Assembly: GCA_963976765.1 (NCBI GenBank)
Contig: CAXBME010000015.1
Coordinates: 124,001 to 188,000 of the forward strand
DNA: 64,000 bases
Direction of reading: 5' to 3'
Source of the DNA: an uncultured Planctomycetaceae bacterium
Lineage (GTDB): Bacteria; Planctomycetota; Planctomycetia; Planctomycetales; Planctomycetaceae
Shown: positions 43,699 to 52,200 of the stretch, in pieces
How the letters are laid out: each line of letters starts with the position of its first letter
Numbering within the stretch: the stretch's first letter is position 1
Translations under genes and position numbers: made by a program
The notes under the pieces: generated by a model
Databases searched by the model: none
The model's input: only the letters and a program-made list of their open reading frames with translations
What the model was told of the DNA's origin: nothing

Positions 43699-44832
43699 AT
43701 GGCCCAGTCCAAAGACCTCTTTGACGACAGTACTATGACGTTCGGTGAGCACCTTGAGTGCCTGCGAACTCACTTGATCCGAGCCATTATCGGCCTGGCG
43801 ATCTGCGTCATTGGTGCGTTGTTTATCGGTGACCGCATCGTGGCGATCGTTCGATCGCCAATCGATTCGGCACTACGAAAAGCTGCCGAAGGAGAAGGCG
43901 GCTCGAAGATCAAAATTGAAGACGACATTGCCGACGTCACGATGACTGATGTCTGGCAATGGATTCAGGAAAGCGTTGGGCTCGCCGAACCTGCGACGGA
44001 GGCTGAAACGGATGGCCAGACCCCCGACGTACCCGCTCAGACCTATTCGTCGATCGATACCGGCAACACATTCGACCGAACGATCGAGATCAGCGTCATG
44101 CCATCCGAACTCGCGAAGGCATTGCACAAGTACAACCCGGATGAATACCCGGCTGCAAAACAAGCTTCCGGCGATGCCATCGAAAAGCCATTCACCATCC
44201 GTATTGCAGCTCCCGAGTTTCAGCAGCTCGAAGCGGTTATCGAGCGTCAAAGCCAGGCGGTCACGTTAAATGTCCAGGAAGCATTCATGACGTACATCAA
44301 GGTCGCCTTTATTGCCGGCCTGCTGATCGCCAGCCCGTGGGTGTTCCGAGAAATCTGGTTGTTTGTCGCAGCGGGTCTTTACCCTCACGAGCGAAAGTAC
44401 GTTTACATCTACTTGCCGATGAGTTTGCTGCTGTTTACCGGCGGAGCCATTTTCTGCTTTTACGCGGTGTTTCCATTCGTGCTGAAATTCCTGCTGGGCT
44501 TCAACAAGCTGCTGGAAGTTCAACCGCAGATTCGGCTGTCCGAGTGGATCAACTTCGCGGTGATGTTGCCCGTCATGTTTGGAGTCAGTTTCCAGTTGCC
44601 TCTGGTCATGCTGTTTCTCGAACGAATTTCAGTCTTCGAGATTGTCGACTATCGCGAGAAGCGTCGCATGGCCATCCTTGTCATCGCGTTTCTGTCGATG
44701 ATCCTGACGCCAGCTGATCCGATGAGCATGTTGCTGATGATGTTCCCGCTGATTCTGCTTTACGAACTGGGCATTATTCTCTGCGGCTTCAACCCACACA
44801 AAGCACAAGTCGAAGGACTTGACCCCGTTTAA
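43699..44832 (+). CDS. tatC: Twin-arginine translocase subunit TatC
   Basis: MTFGEHLECLR, EAFMTYIK, W.FVAAGLYPHERK, FGVSFQLP, LTPADP, LYELGI. Confidence 0.95.
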   Translation: MAQSKDLFDDSTMTFGEHLECLRTHLIRAIIGLAICVIGALFIGDRIVAIVRSPIDSALRKAAEGEGGSKIKIEDDIADVTMTDVWQWIQESVGLAEPATEAETDGQTPDVPAQTYSSIDTGNTFDRTIEISVMPSELAKALHKYNPDEYPAAKQASGDAIEKPFTIRIAAPEFQQLEAVIERQSQAVTLNVQEAFMTYIKVAFIAGLLIASPWVFREIWLFVAAGLYPHERKYVYIYLPMSLLLFTGGAIFCFYAVFPFVLKFLLGFNKLLEVQPQIRLSEWINFAVMLPVMFGVSFQLPLVMLFLERISVFEIVDYREKRRMAILVIAFLSMILTPADPMSMLLMMFPLILLYELGIILCGFNPHKAQVEGLDPV

Positions 44833-44958
44833 GCACTTTCAGAAGTCGTTTTCAGTGTTCTGCCGGATGCCACAGAGAAAACGATGGCTATTCCGGGCGC
44901 CAGCTCCTGCACAGAAACCATGAAAATGGTCTAACTCCGGCCATGAATTGACTTCCGC

Positions 44959-45714
44959 ATGACAAGCAGCGAAACCGACAACACCCGGGCAGACATCGGC
45001 ATCGTCTCGGCGTTGCCCATTGAACTCGGCCAGTTCATGGACCGATGCGAGCGGGTCAAGCATTACAAGGGCGGCGACTTCACCTTTCGGGGTGGTCGCT
45101 ACGACGGTATTCGGATCGTCGTGGCGGAATCCGGCATGGGTTACGCACGAGCCCGCAAAGCCACTCAAGCCATGATCGACGCTCATACTCCAAAGTGGAT
45201 CCTGTCGAGTGGTTTTGCCGGAGCGCTGATTCCAACTATGAAACTCGGCCAGATCGTCATGGCGAACGAAATCGTTGACCAGCACGGCCAGCAGACGTCC
45301 ATCAACCTGACGCTCCCCAGCGACGAAGCCAACGGGCTCTACGTCGGCAGAATCCTGACGGCTGACGAAATGGTTCGCACGGTCGAGCAAAAGAAACAGC
45401 TTCACGAAAAGCACGCGGCCATCGCCGTCGACATGGAAAGCCTGGCAGTCGCTCAGGTCGCCGCCGAAACGAAAACCGGCTTCATGGCCATTCGAGTCAT
45501 CAGCGACGACATGTCCACCGACCTGCCATCCGAGATCCTGTCGATCATCGGCGACACCGGGGCAGTCCGAGTCGGAGCAGCATTGACTTCGCTCTTCAAA
45601 CGCCCGGAAAGCCTGAAGGACATGCTCCATCTGCGGACCAACGCCCAGGCCGCCGCCAAAAGCCTCGCCACATTCCTGGACGGAGTCGTCCATCAGCTTC
45701 ACGATGCCTCGTAG
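44959..45714 (+). CDS. MTA/SAH nucleosidase-like nucleoside phosphorylase (PNP_UDP_1 family)
   Basis: IGIVSALPIE, SGMG, SSGFAGAL, AVDMES, IRVISD. Confidence 0.85.
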   Translation: MTSSETDNTRADIGIVSALPIELGQFMDRCERVKHYKGGDFTFRGGRYDGIRIVVAESGMGYARARKATQAMIDAHTPKWILSSGFAGALIPTMKLGQIVMANEIVDQHGQQTSINLTLPSDEANGLYVGRILTADEMVRTVEQKKQLHEKHAAIAVDMESLAVAQVAAETKTGFMAIRVISDDMSTDLPSEILSIIGDTGAVRVGAALTSLFKRPESLKDMLHLRTNAQAAAKSLATFLDGVVHQLHDAS

Positions 45715-45940
45715 GTCAGGCTCAGCCTGGCGAAGTTCCTTAACCAGCCGCCTTTTCAAGCAGCAGGGAGAAGCCCCTTACAATCAAGTTTCGGATTCTG
45801 CCAGACAGGGGCTGACCTGCAAGTGCCCCTTCTGAAAGACTCCGCGCCTTGCATCCCAGGAGCGAGTGCTTTCTACTGGTTACTCCCCGAGGAAAAGCTG
45901 TTTCCCACCACAACGTCACACTCCACAGAACCTCATCTCG

Positions 45941-46390
45941 ATGGCTGACGATCTCGTCTTCATGATGGGCAAATACGAAGCCCGCGTCCCGACTGACTGT
46001 CTGTACTCGAAGACCCACCTGTGGCTTCGGAAAGACGGTTTGCGGTATCAGGTAGGGTTTACGGCGTACTCGGTCAGGCTGTTGCAGGACGTTTATTTTC
46101 TGGATTGGAGCGTCGATCCGGGCACGCAGGTTTTCGAGAAACAGGAAATCGGCGAGGTCGAAAGCTCAAAAGCACTCTCAACGTTATACGCACCGTTTGA
46201 TGGTCGTATCGTCGAATTTAACGAGCAACTGCTGGACGACCCATCAGGAATCAACACAGACGGATACGGCAACGGATGGCTGTTCACGTTTGAGACAGAC
46301 GCGGAACCGCTGACGCCGGAACTGTATCTTGAAGTGCTTGAGAGCGGCTGGCAGAAAACCCAGAATATGCTCAAGGGGCAGGTTAACTGA
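45941..46390 (+). CDS. GcvH-like lipoyl-carrier protein
   Basis: YSKTHLW, VGFT, GEVESSKA (lipoyl Lys), LYAPFDG...N..L...P..IN.D.YG.GWLF. Confidence 0.9.
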   Translation: MADDLVFMMGKYEARVPTDCLYSKTHLWLRKDGLRYQVGFTAYSVRLLQDVYFLDWSVDPGTQVFEKQEIGEVESSKALSTLYAPFDGRIVEFNEQLLDDPSGINTDGYGNGWLFTFETDAEPLTPELYLEVLESGWQKTQNMLKGQVN

Positions 46391-46416
46391 ACGAGCGACT
46401 GCCACACGCTCGGTTT

Positions 46417-46453
46417 TGAACGTTCGATGTTGAGCGTTCGATGTTCAATGTTC
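46417..46453 (+). repeat. Short tandem repeat TGA(A/G)CGTTCGATGT x2 plus partial copy
   Basis: TGAACGTTCGATGT TGAGCGTTCGATGT TCAATGTTC between the gcvH-like and ferredoxin genes. Confidence 0.6.
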
Positions 46454-46468
46454 ACAGAGGCAACTTTG

Positions 46469-47509
46469 ATGGCAGGTCAAAAAAAACTCACCGTCGTGAT
46501 CTCCCAGCATCAGGGGAAGAATCCGGTGAAGCGACAGCTCGAAGAAGAGCTGGCGATGGCCTGCATGATGGATCCGGAAATCGAAGTCTCGATCATCCCG
46601 AACCTCTACGACCTCTCGCACGACCATACAGGGATGCTTTTCCTGCAGGGCATCCGTGGCGACATCGTTGTGCTCTCATGGCTCTATCCCCGAGCGACGC
46701 AATGGATCCTCGACCGAGCTGGCGTGAAAGGTAAAGCGGGGACTGTCTTTCTGGTCGGAGACGATGAGGATGATGAAGACGAAGAAGCCGCCTCAGAGGA
46801 AAAGCATCCGGAAGCCATCGGCACGCTCGACGTCCCCGACCGACTGATCTACAGCGTTGACCTGCGAGCTTCGACAGACCCAAAGGAATTCCTGGCCGAG
46901 ATTCGAAGGATTGTCGAAGTCACGTCCACCGAGACCGTCGACCTGATGAGCTGGATTCAGGGCGAGCCAAAAAAGGAACAGCTCGAACGGTATCTTAACC
47001 CGCAGGAAATGCTCGGCATCGGCAACAGCAGAACCGGCTCCATTGCCGAAGTCGAAGCCGAAGAAAAAGTCAGCCGGCGCTGGTACCCGGTCATCGACTA
47101 CGACCGCTGCACCAACTGCATGGAGTGCATCGACTTCTGCCTGTTCGGCGTTTACGGCGTCGACGCGCTGGACCGAATTCTGGTCGAGTCTCAGGACAGT
47201 TGTAAGAAAGGCTGCCCCGCCTGCAGCCGCGTCTGTCCGGAAAACGCCATTGTCTTCCCGCAGCACAAAACGCCCGCTATTGCCGGAGCCGCTGGCGAAG
47301 TCGCTGGCTTAAAAATCGACCTGTCGCAACTCTTCGGCGGCGGAGACGCCATTGAGATGGCCGCCCGCGAGCGAGACATCGAACTGGTCCGCGACGGTCG
47401 CGACGCCGTCGGTCTGGCCGTCGGGATCCCCAAGCGTCAGACCAACGCCTGCGGCATCCGAGACGAACTCGACGACCTCATCGACGGCCTCGACGACCTG
47501 GACCTTTAA
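46469..47509 (+). CDS. 2x[4Fe-4S] ferredoxin-domain protein with long N-terminal extension
   Basis: WYPVIDYDRCTNCMECIDFCLFGVY and CKKGCPACSRVCP, acidic C-terminus. Confidence 0.88.
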   Translation: MAGQKKLTVVISQHQGKNPVKRQLEEELAMACMMDPEIEVSIIPNLYDLSHDHTGMLFLQGIRGDIVVLSWLYPRATQWILDRAGVKGKAGTVFLVGDDEDDEDEEAASEEKHPEAIGTLDVPDRLIYSVDLRASTDPKEFLAEIRRIVEVTSTETVDLMSWIQGEPKKEQLERYLNPQEMLGIGNSRTGSIAEVEAEEKVSRRWYPVIDYDRCTNCMECIDFCLFGVYGVDALDRILVESQDSCKKGCPACSRVCPENAIVFPQHKTPAIAGAAGEVAGLKIDLSQLFGGGDAIEMAARERDIELVRDGRDAVGLAVGIPKRQTNACGIRDELDDLIDGLDDLDL

Positions 47510-47600
47510 CTCTCGACACGTTCTCCCAGATGCAAGGGCCGGCACGGCTCAGCCCTTGCTGGGGTCCATTCGTAGCAATCGCTGAATGAGTGGAGTGCTC

Positions 47601-48578
47601 TTAGAGCGGGCTGCCTGCGGATTGATAAGGGCTGTTGACCGACGAGGGGCCTCGTGTCACTGGTATCGGTCCCGGCGCGTACTGTGAATTTCCAGATCCG
47701 ATTCGTTGCGGTACTGAGTCGTATTGCCGGGACATGCTGCCACGAAAAGACGGACCGGTGGCAGCAGGCATCTGTGAATCGGCGCTATCGTACTGACCTC
47801 CGCGGACCGACACTCGATCATAAGTGTTGCCGGCACTGCTGGCCCTGGGTAAAAGTCTCAGACTCTGGTATTGGCTGAGCGGCAGCCGTTGGTAATGGCT
47901 GGTTGCCATTTCCGCAGACTGACCGGGCGGAGGGACTTTTCCGTAGTTCGCTCGCGGGCCATTTGCTGCTATCACTTTTTCGAAATGAGTTATTCGATTC
48001 TGGTGGTATGCAAGTTTCGACTGCAACGGTTTGAGTTTCGCACGAACCTGCGCTTCCTGTCGATTCAAAACATTCAGTTGTGAACTGAGTGATTTGACGT
48101 ACCCGGTTTGAACCTTGGCTTCAGTTAGTAGCAGCGATCGCTGTTGCCGGGTTGTTCGGAACTTTGAACTGAAGATGTTGTACGATTTAGGAATCGCCTT
48201 CCGCTTCGCCAGAAGTGCGTGGGTACCTCGAACCGCCAACTCGCGATCAAGCTTGAGCTGCGTCGATTCTTGTTTCCTAGCTTCTGCCATACCAGTCAGG
48301 CGAGAGACGGTTGGATTCAGATTGCCAATTTCCGTTTTCGATTTAATAAGCTTCTTCTGGTGCCACTGACTCACCTTTTGTGGACTGGGCCGAAACAGAT
48401 TCATCACTTTCGACCGTATACTCGTCTTGGGAGCCGGCGGCCTTGAGGTGGACCGCGGCTTCGGTTTAGGACGCAGAAATTTTGGTGGCGCCCCGTAGGC
48501 CGTTCCGGCCACAACGAATGCAGCAAGCATCGCAATGCAGGCTGCTGACTTCTGGAATGTCGTCAGAACTGAGAACAT
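47601..48578 (-). CDS. Hypothetical secreted, highly basic coiled-coil protein with repeated C-terminal Tyr motifs
   Basis: Signal peptide (AMLAAFVVAGTAYG|A), K/R-rich, eight xxYxx motifs in the last ~120 aa. Starts 30 nt after the upstream gene. Confidence 0.75.
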   Translation of the reverse strand: MFSVLTTFQKSAACIAMLAAFVVAGTAYGAPPKFLRPKPKPRSTSRPPAPKTSIRSKVMNLFRPSPQKVSQWHQKKLIKSKTEIGNLNPTVSRLTGMAEARKQESTQLKLDRELAVRGTHALLAKRKAIPKSYNIFSSKFRTTRQQRSLLLTEAKVQTGYVKSLSSQLNVLNRQEAQVRAKLKPLQSKLAYHQNRITHFEKVIAANGPRANYGKVPPPGQSAEMATSHYQRLPLSQYQSLRLLPRASSAGNTYDRVSVRGGQYDSADSQMPAATGPSFRGSMSRQYDSVPQRIGSGNSQYAPGPIPVTRGPSSVNSPYQSAGSPL

Positions 48579-48607
48579 GACAGGTTGCTTTCAATCAAAG
48601 GCGTTCA

Positions 48608-49165
48608 TTATTCCGAGGCTGTGGCAGGTTCCGTAATCGCATGCCAGCCGTCAGCTCCAAGCATCCATGTAGAACCGGTAATCCGCTCCAGACGCACGAC
48701 ATCAATCGAATCTCCATCAGCGACCATCTCGATGTCATAATCACCGGGATACAGTTCGGTCGATTCCCCAATTTCCATCCACGCTCCTTCGTCCAGAATC
48801 CAGACTGTTCCAATACGCGGCATAAATCGGACAACCTGAACACCACCCTCAAACTGGGCGAGTCGGATGTCATAGCTTTTCGGGTAGGGAACGGTCGCAA
48901 TTCCTCCTGAAGAACTCACCATCGTCAGTGTCCCGAAATCTTCGTCGCGAAAAGTCTCGACGGAGTGCAGCGTCGCCTTTGCTGTTTCGCTTTCCGCAGA
49001 TCGCACGGGCAGAACAGAACCTCGTATGGAACTGACGACTGACAATGCCGTGTTGTCGGCAACAGGGGCAGAGGAATCTTCTGCGTTCTGGCTGATTCCA
49101 GGTTTGACCATAATCGCGGCGATGGTGATTGCAGAAACAAGAGTGAGGCAGATACGTTTTTCCAT
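48608..49165 (-). CDS. Hypothetical secreted protein with an internal ~43-aa duplication
   Basis: AAGGA before ATG 49165, hydrophobic N-terminus, and YP..YDI...VVR....G..W.L....W..I.E present twice. Confidence 0.75.
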   Translation of the reverse strand: MEKRICLTLVSAITIAAIMVKPGISQNAEDSSAPVADNTALSVVSSIRGSVLPVRSAESETAKATLHSVETFRDEDFGTLTMVSSSGGIATVPYPKSYDIRLAQFEGGVQVVRFMPRIGTVWILDEGAWMEIGESTELYPGDYDIEMVADGDSIDVVRLERITGSTWMLGADGWHAITEPATASE

Positions 49166-49218
49166 GAGTGTGTCCTTGTAAAAAAGTGTAAATCCGCAAG
49201 TGAAACTCCGCAGACGAA

Positions 49219-52200
49219 TTATTTCGTTGGCCGTCTGAAGTACCACTTGTACGTTGATTGCGCCGCCTGCTCGGCCTTGGTATTCATCGGACGGATATAG
49301 ACTTCCGTCCTGCTCTGGCCTCTACCGCCAGTTAGTAAGGAGTAACCACTAGTTTCAGACTGTGGGTCTGAATACGGTTTGCCCAGATAAACCGCGACAT
49401 CGTAGATAACCGGCCCGTCACCGACTTCATCCGGACTCTTGAGAATCTGCCATTTGTAGCGACTCACCGGTGGCACATTGGAACGAAGAGTCCACAAGCT
49501 GCTTTTACCGAGAATTTCTCTGTCAGCGACCGTCCCGCTTGTAACGAGCCACGAATCATCTGCCGTCGGTACAGCAAGACATACGATGTCGCCATACATC
49601 AATGGAGTACGGTCACCTGAATGATTTTCGGTAGACCGCAGTGCTTTCCAGAGGAAAGTTTCTCGTGCGACCTGATGCAGTTCTGACGGTGGATTGTTCG
49701 TAACAACTGGAGTCAGGCCGTTGTCTGCTCCCCTTCCAGTCAACCAGCTTCCTTCCCCCGCCTGAAGGTTGACCTGGTCGCCGTACAACACGGAGTTGGC
49801 GCGTGTCATGCGCAGCTCAGGAATGACTTCAGTGACGGCCTTGACCGAACTCGTGCCGGCAGGCCATTGCTTCACAGCGCATTTGTCGCCTTTTATGAGG
49901 TACTCGTGCCTGCCGATTGCCATAGCAGCGTCAACGCCATTGCGAAATTCTTCTGGCCAACTCAGCATGCTGCGAGGCTTCGACTGTTTACTACCGTCCT
50001 TTTCGAGATCATAAATGAGGTATTGAGAACCTTTATAGAACACAAATCGATCCCGCGAGAAGCCTCCACGGCGCGTATCCAACTGCGGAGACGCGGCATC
50101 AAGACCACGCTGAAAATTCTCTGGAAGTCCAGGAAAGCGTTTCGAAATCTCCACTGGCGGAATGACCTTGTTCGTCTGGTTACTTCCCTTCTGCAGCTCC
50201 AATTCAAGAACTTTGCTGCCCGAAAAAATAAACAACCCGGAACGATATCCCGCAGGCGTCGAGATATATGGGTTCGAAGCGATAGCGTCGACACGCCCTC
50301 CAAAATATTTATCGACAGGGACGGCCACCTGGACCGGTTCCGGCATGTTTCGTGTATCACCCGACTGGTCGATGTAAGGCTTATCTTTTGTCGCCCACGT
50401 TCGCATCGCCTGGACTGGTCGTCGTCTAAACGGCAGATGAACCGAGTAGCGATATCCTGGACCAAAATTCGGGTCATCAGATTCCATGACGCCCGTTACC
50501 GGATATTCGAAGTACTGGTCGGCACCCGCACCAAACACCGTCGTCCGAAAGTTGGCGAAGTTGACGTCCATTGCGGATATTGGAGCACGCTCGCTTCCAC
50601 CATTTCTACGTTCCGGCCACCGCACCATTTCCACCGTGTGACTCTTAACAATCAAGTCTCCTGCCTTTGCCAGCAGTTTACCCGTATCGTTGATCGGCGG
50701 CGGCCCCTGAATGCCTTCCCACCAGTACTTGACTGTGAGCTCCAGCGTATTCTCTGAGCTCTTGTGTGACTGCATCTTGATAGTAAAAGTGTCGGCGGTC
50801 TTTTCGGTCAGCCGATCAACATTCTCCCATTCGTTCAGACGCCCCTGACCTTCACCCTTGAAACGATCCTTGTTCTCCTTAACGGCTGCCGCAAAGCTCT
50901 CGACAGCAGCGGCAAATCTGCTCGTGTCAACATCACGGTCACTGCGTCGAACAGCCTGATGGTATTCCGTTAAAGCATCATCCAGTGCAATTCGCACACT
51001 CAGAATCCCAACTGGCCAGGCCGCCCCCAATTGCCGGGACAACTGAATCGTCGAATCGACAGCTGGATCAGTCCGCCCTGCTTTGATTGCCGATTTCAGC
51101 TGTGTCATCTGCTGATCGAACTTCGAATCAAAATCGCTCTTGTCGAGTTGTTCAATCAACGACTTGATCGCTGCTTTCTGCCCGGCAAGTGTCTGAGGTG
51201 AAAAGTTTGCGACATCAGTCGGAGCCGCATCCAGGGGGCGCATATATTCGCAGCGCATGGCAACACCGTCACTCCCCTGATCCTCAAACAGATAGGGATC
51301 AACAGACAGCGCAAGACCGGCTAACGCTGTACCCTTTGCAGTGTTGTAATACTCGTAAAGATCAATATTACATTCGGTCGGTATGTCAAACTTGAACTCT
51401 CCGTCGGCAACCAGATTGGGGATTCGTTTCTTTGCTTCCACCAGTCTTCTGGCAGCATCTGGATCGTTTCCGCTGAATTCAGTCTGATCTCTGCGAAAGG
51501 TGATCCCTGCAAAGCCACCATCGCGTTTCACTTCTTTCCCTGAGCTGTTGTCATAGTAGAATCCCCAGTTTTCGAGCTTGTTTGTTACAAGATCCAGAGG
51601 TGTTCTGTTCTTCAGATCGAATGTGGCGGGGTACGGCGTTCCGACAGCTGGCGTTTTAATTGACGATTGCCAGACAGTGAACGGCCCCTGGTTAAGTTTT
51701 GCCAGGGGATTCCCGCTAGCATCCAATTGCTGCTGTTGCAGGCCGATGCTGATTCTGCCAAAGAAATCGAGATTCGTTTCGCCTTTGAAGTCGGCCCGCA
51801 AACGATCGAGTTTCACGTGAAGAGTTCCGCTGCTCTTTGGGGCGGAGTATTCGTATTCCGCATCACTTGCGTAGTCGAAGCCCTTTTCTTCGCGAAATGT
51901 CGAACGAGCCTTCCTGGCCCTCTCGCCGAGCCGCTGCTGCACATAACTGCGAACCGCCAGGTAGATCTCTGGATCATCGAAGTAAAGAGGTGAGAGCAGT
52001 TCGTAGATTGGGCGCAGATCCATCAGAATCGGCACGGCAGTTTCAAAGCCTACTCCTGCCTGAACAGAACGACCGTCTGCCGCCAACGTCGTCGCCCCAC
52101 CAACTGCTTCAACTTTCACATTGTCTTTGGAAATGCTGCGACTTTTACCGACCGTTTTCGAATAGGTACCATCGACTGTCGCCTCGAAATTCGGAGACTG

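Noticed and set aside
44839..45759. 306-aa minus-strand ORF
   Set aside because: Antisense to the nucleosidase-like gene and has no recognisable motifs.
46417..46453. CRISPR-like repeats
   Set aside because: Only short adjacent tandem units with no spacers, and no cas genes in the window.
49867..50757. 296-aa plus-strand ORF inside the MACPF gene, as a nested antitoxin
   Set aside because: Antisense shadow with atypical composition and no RBS or motif support.
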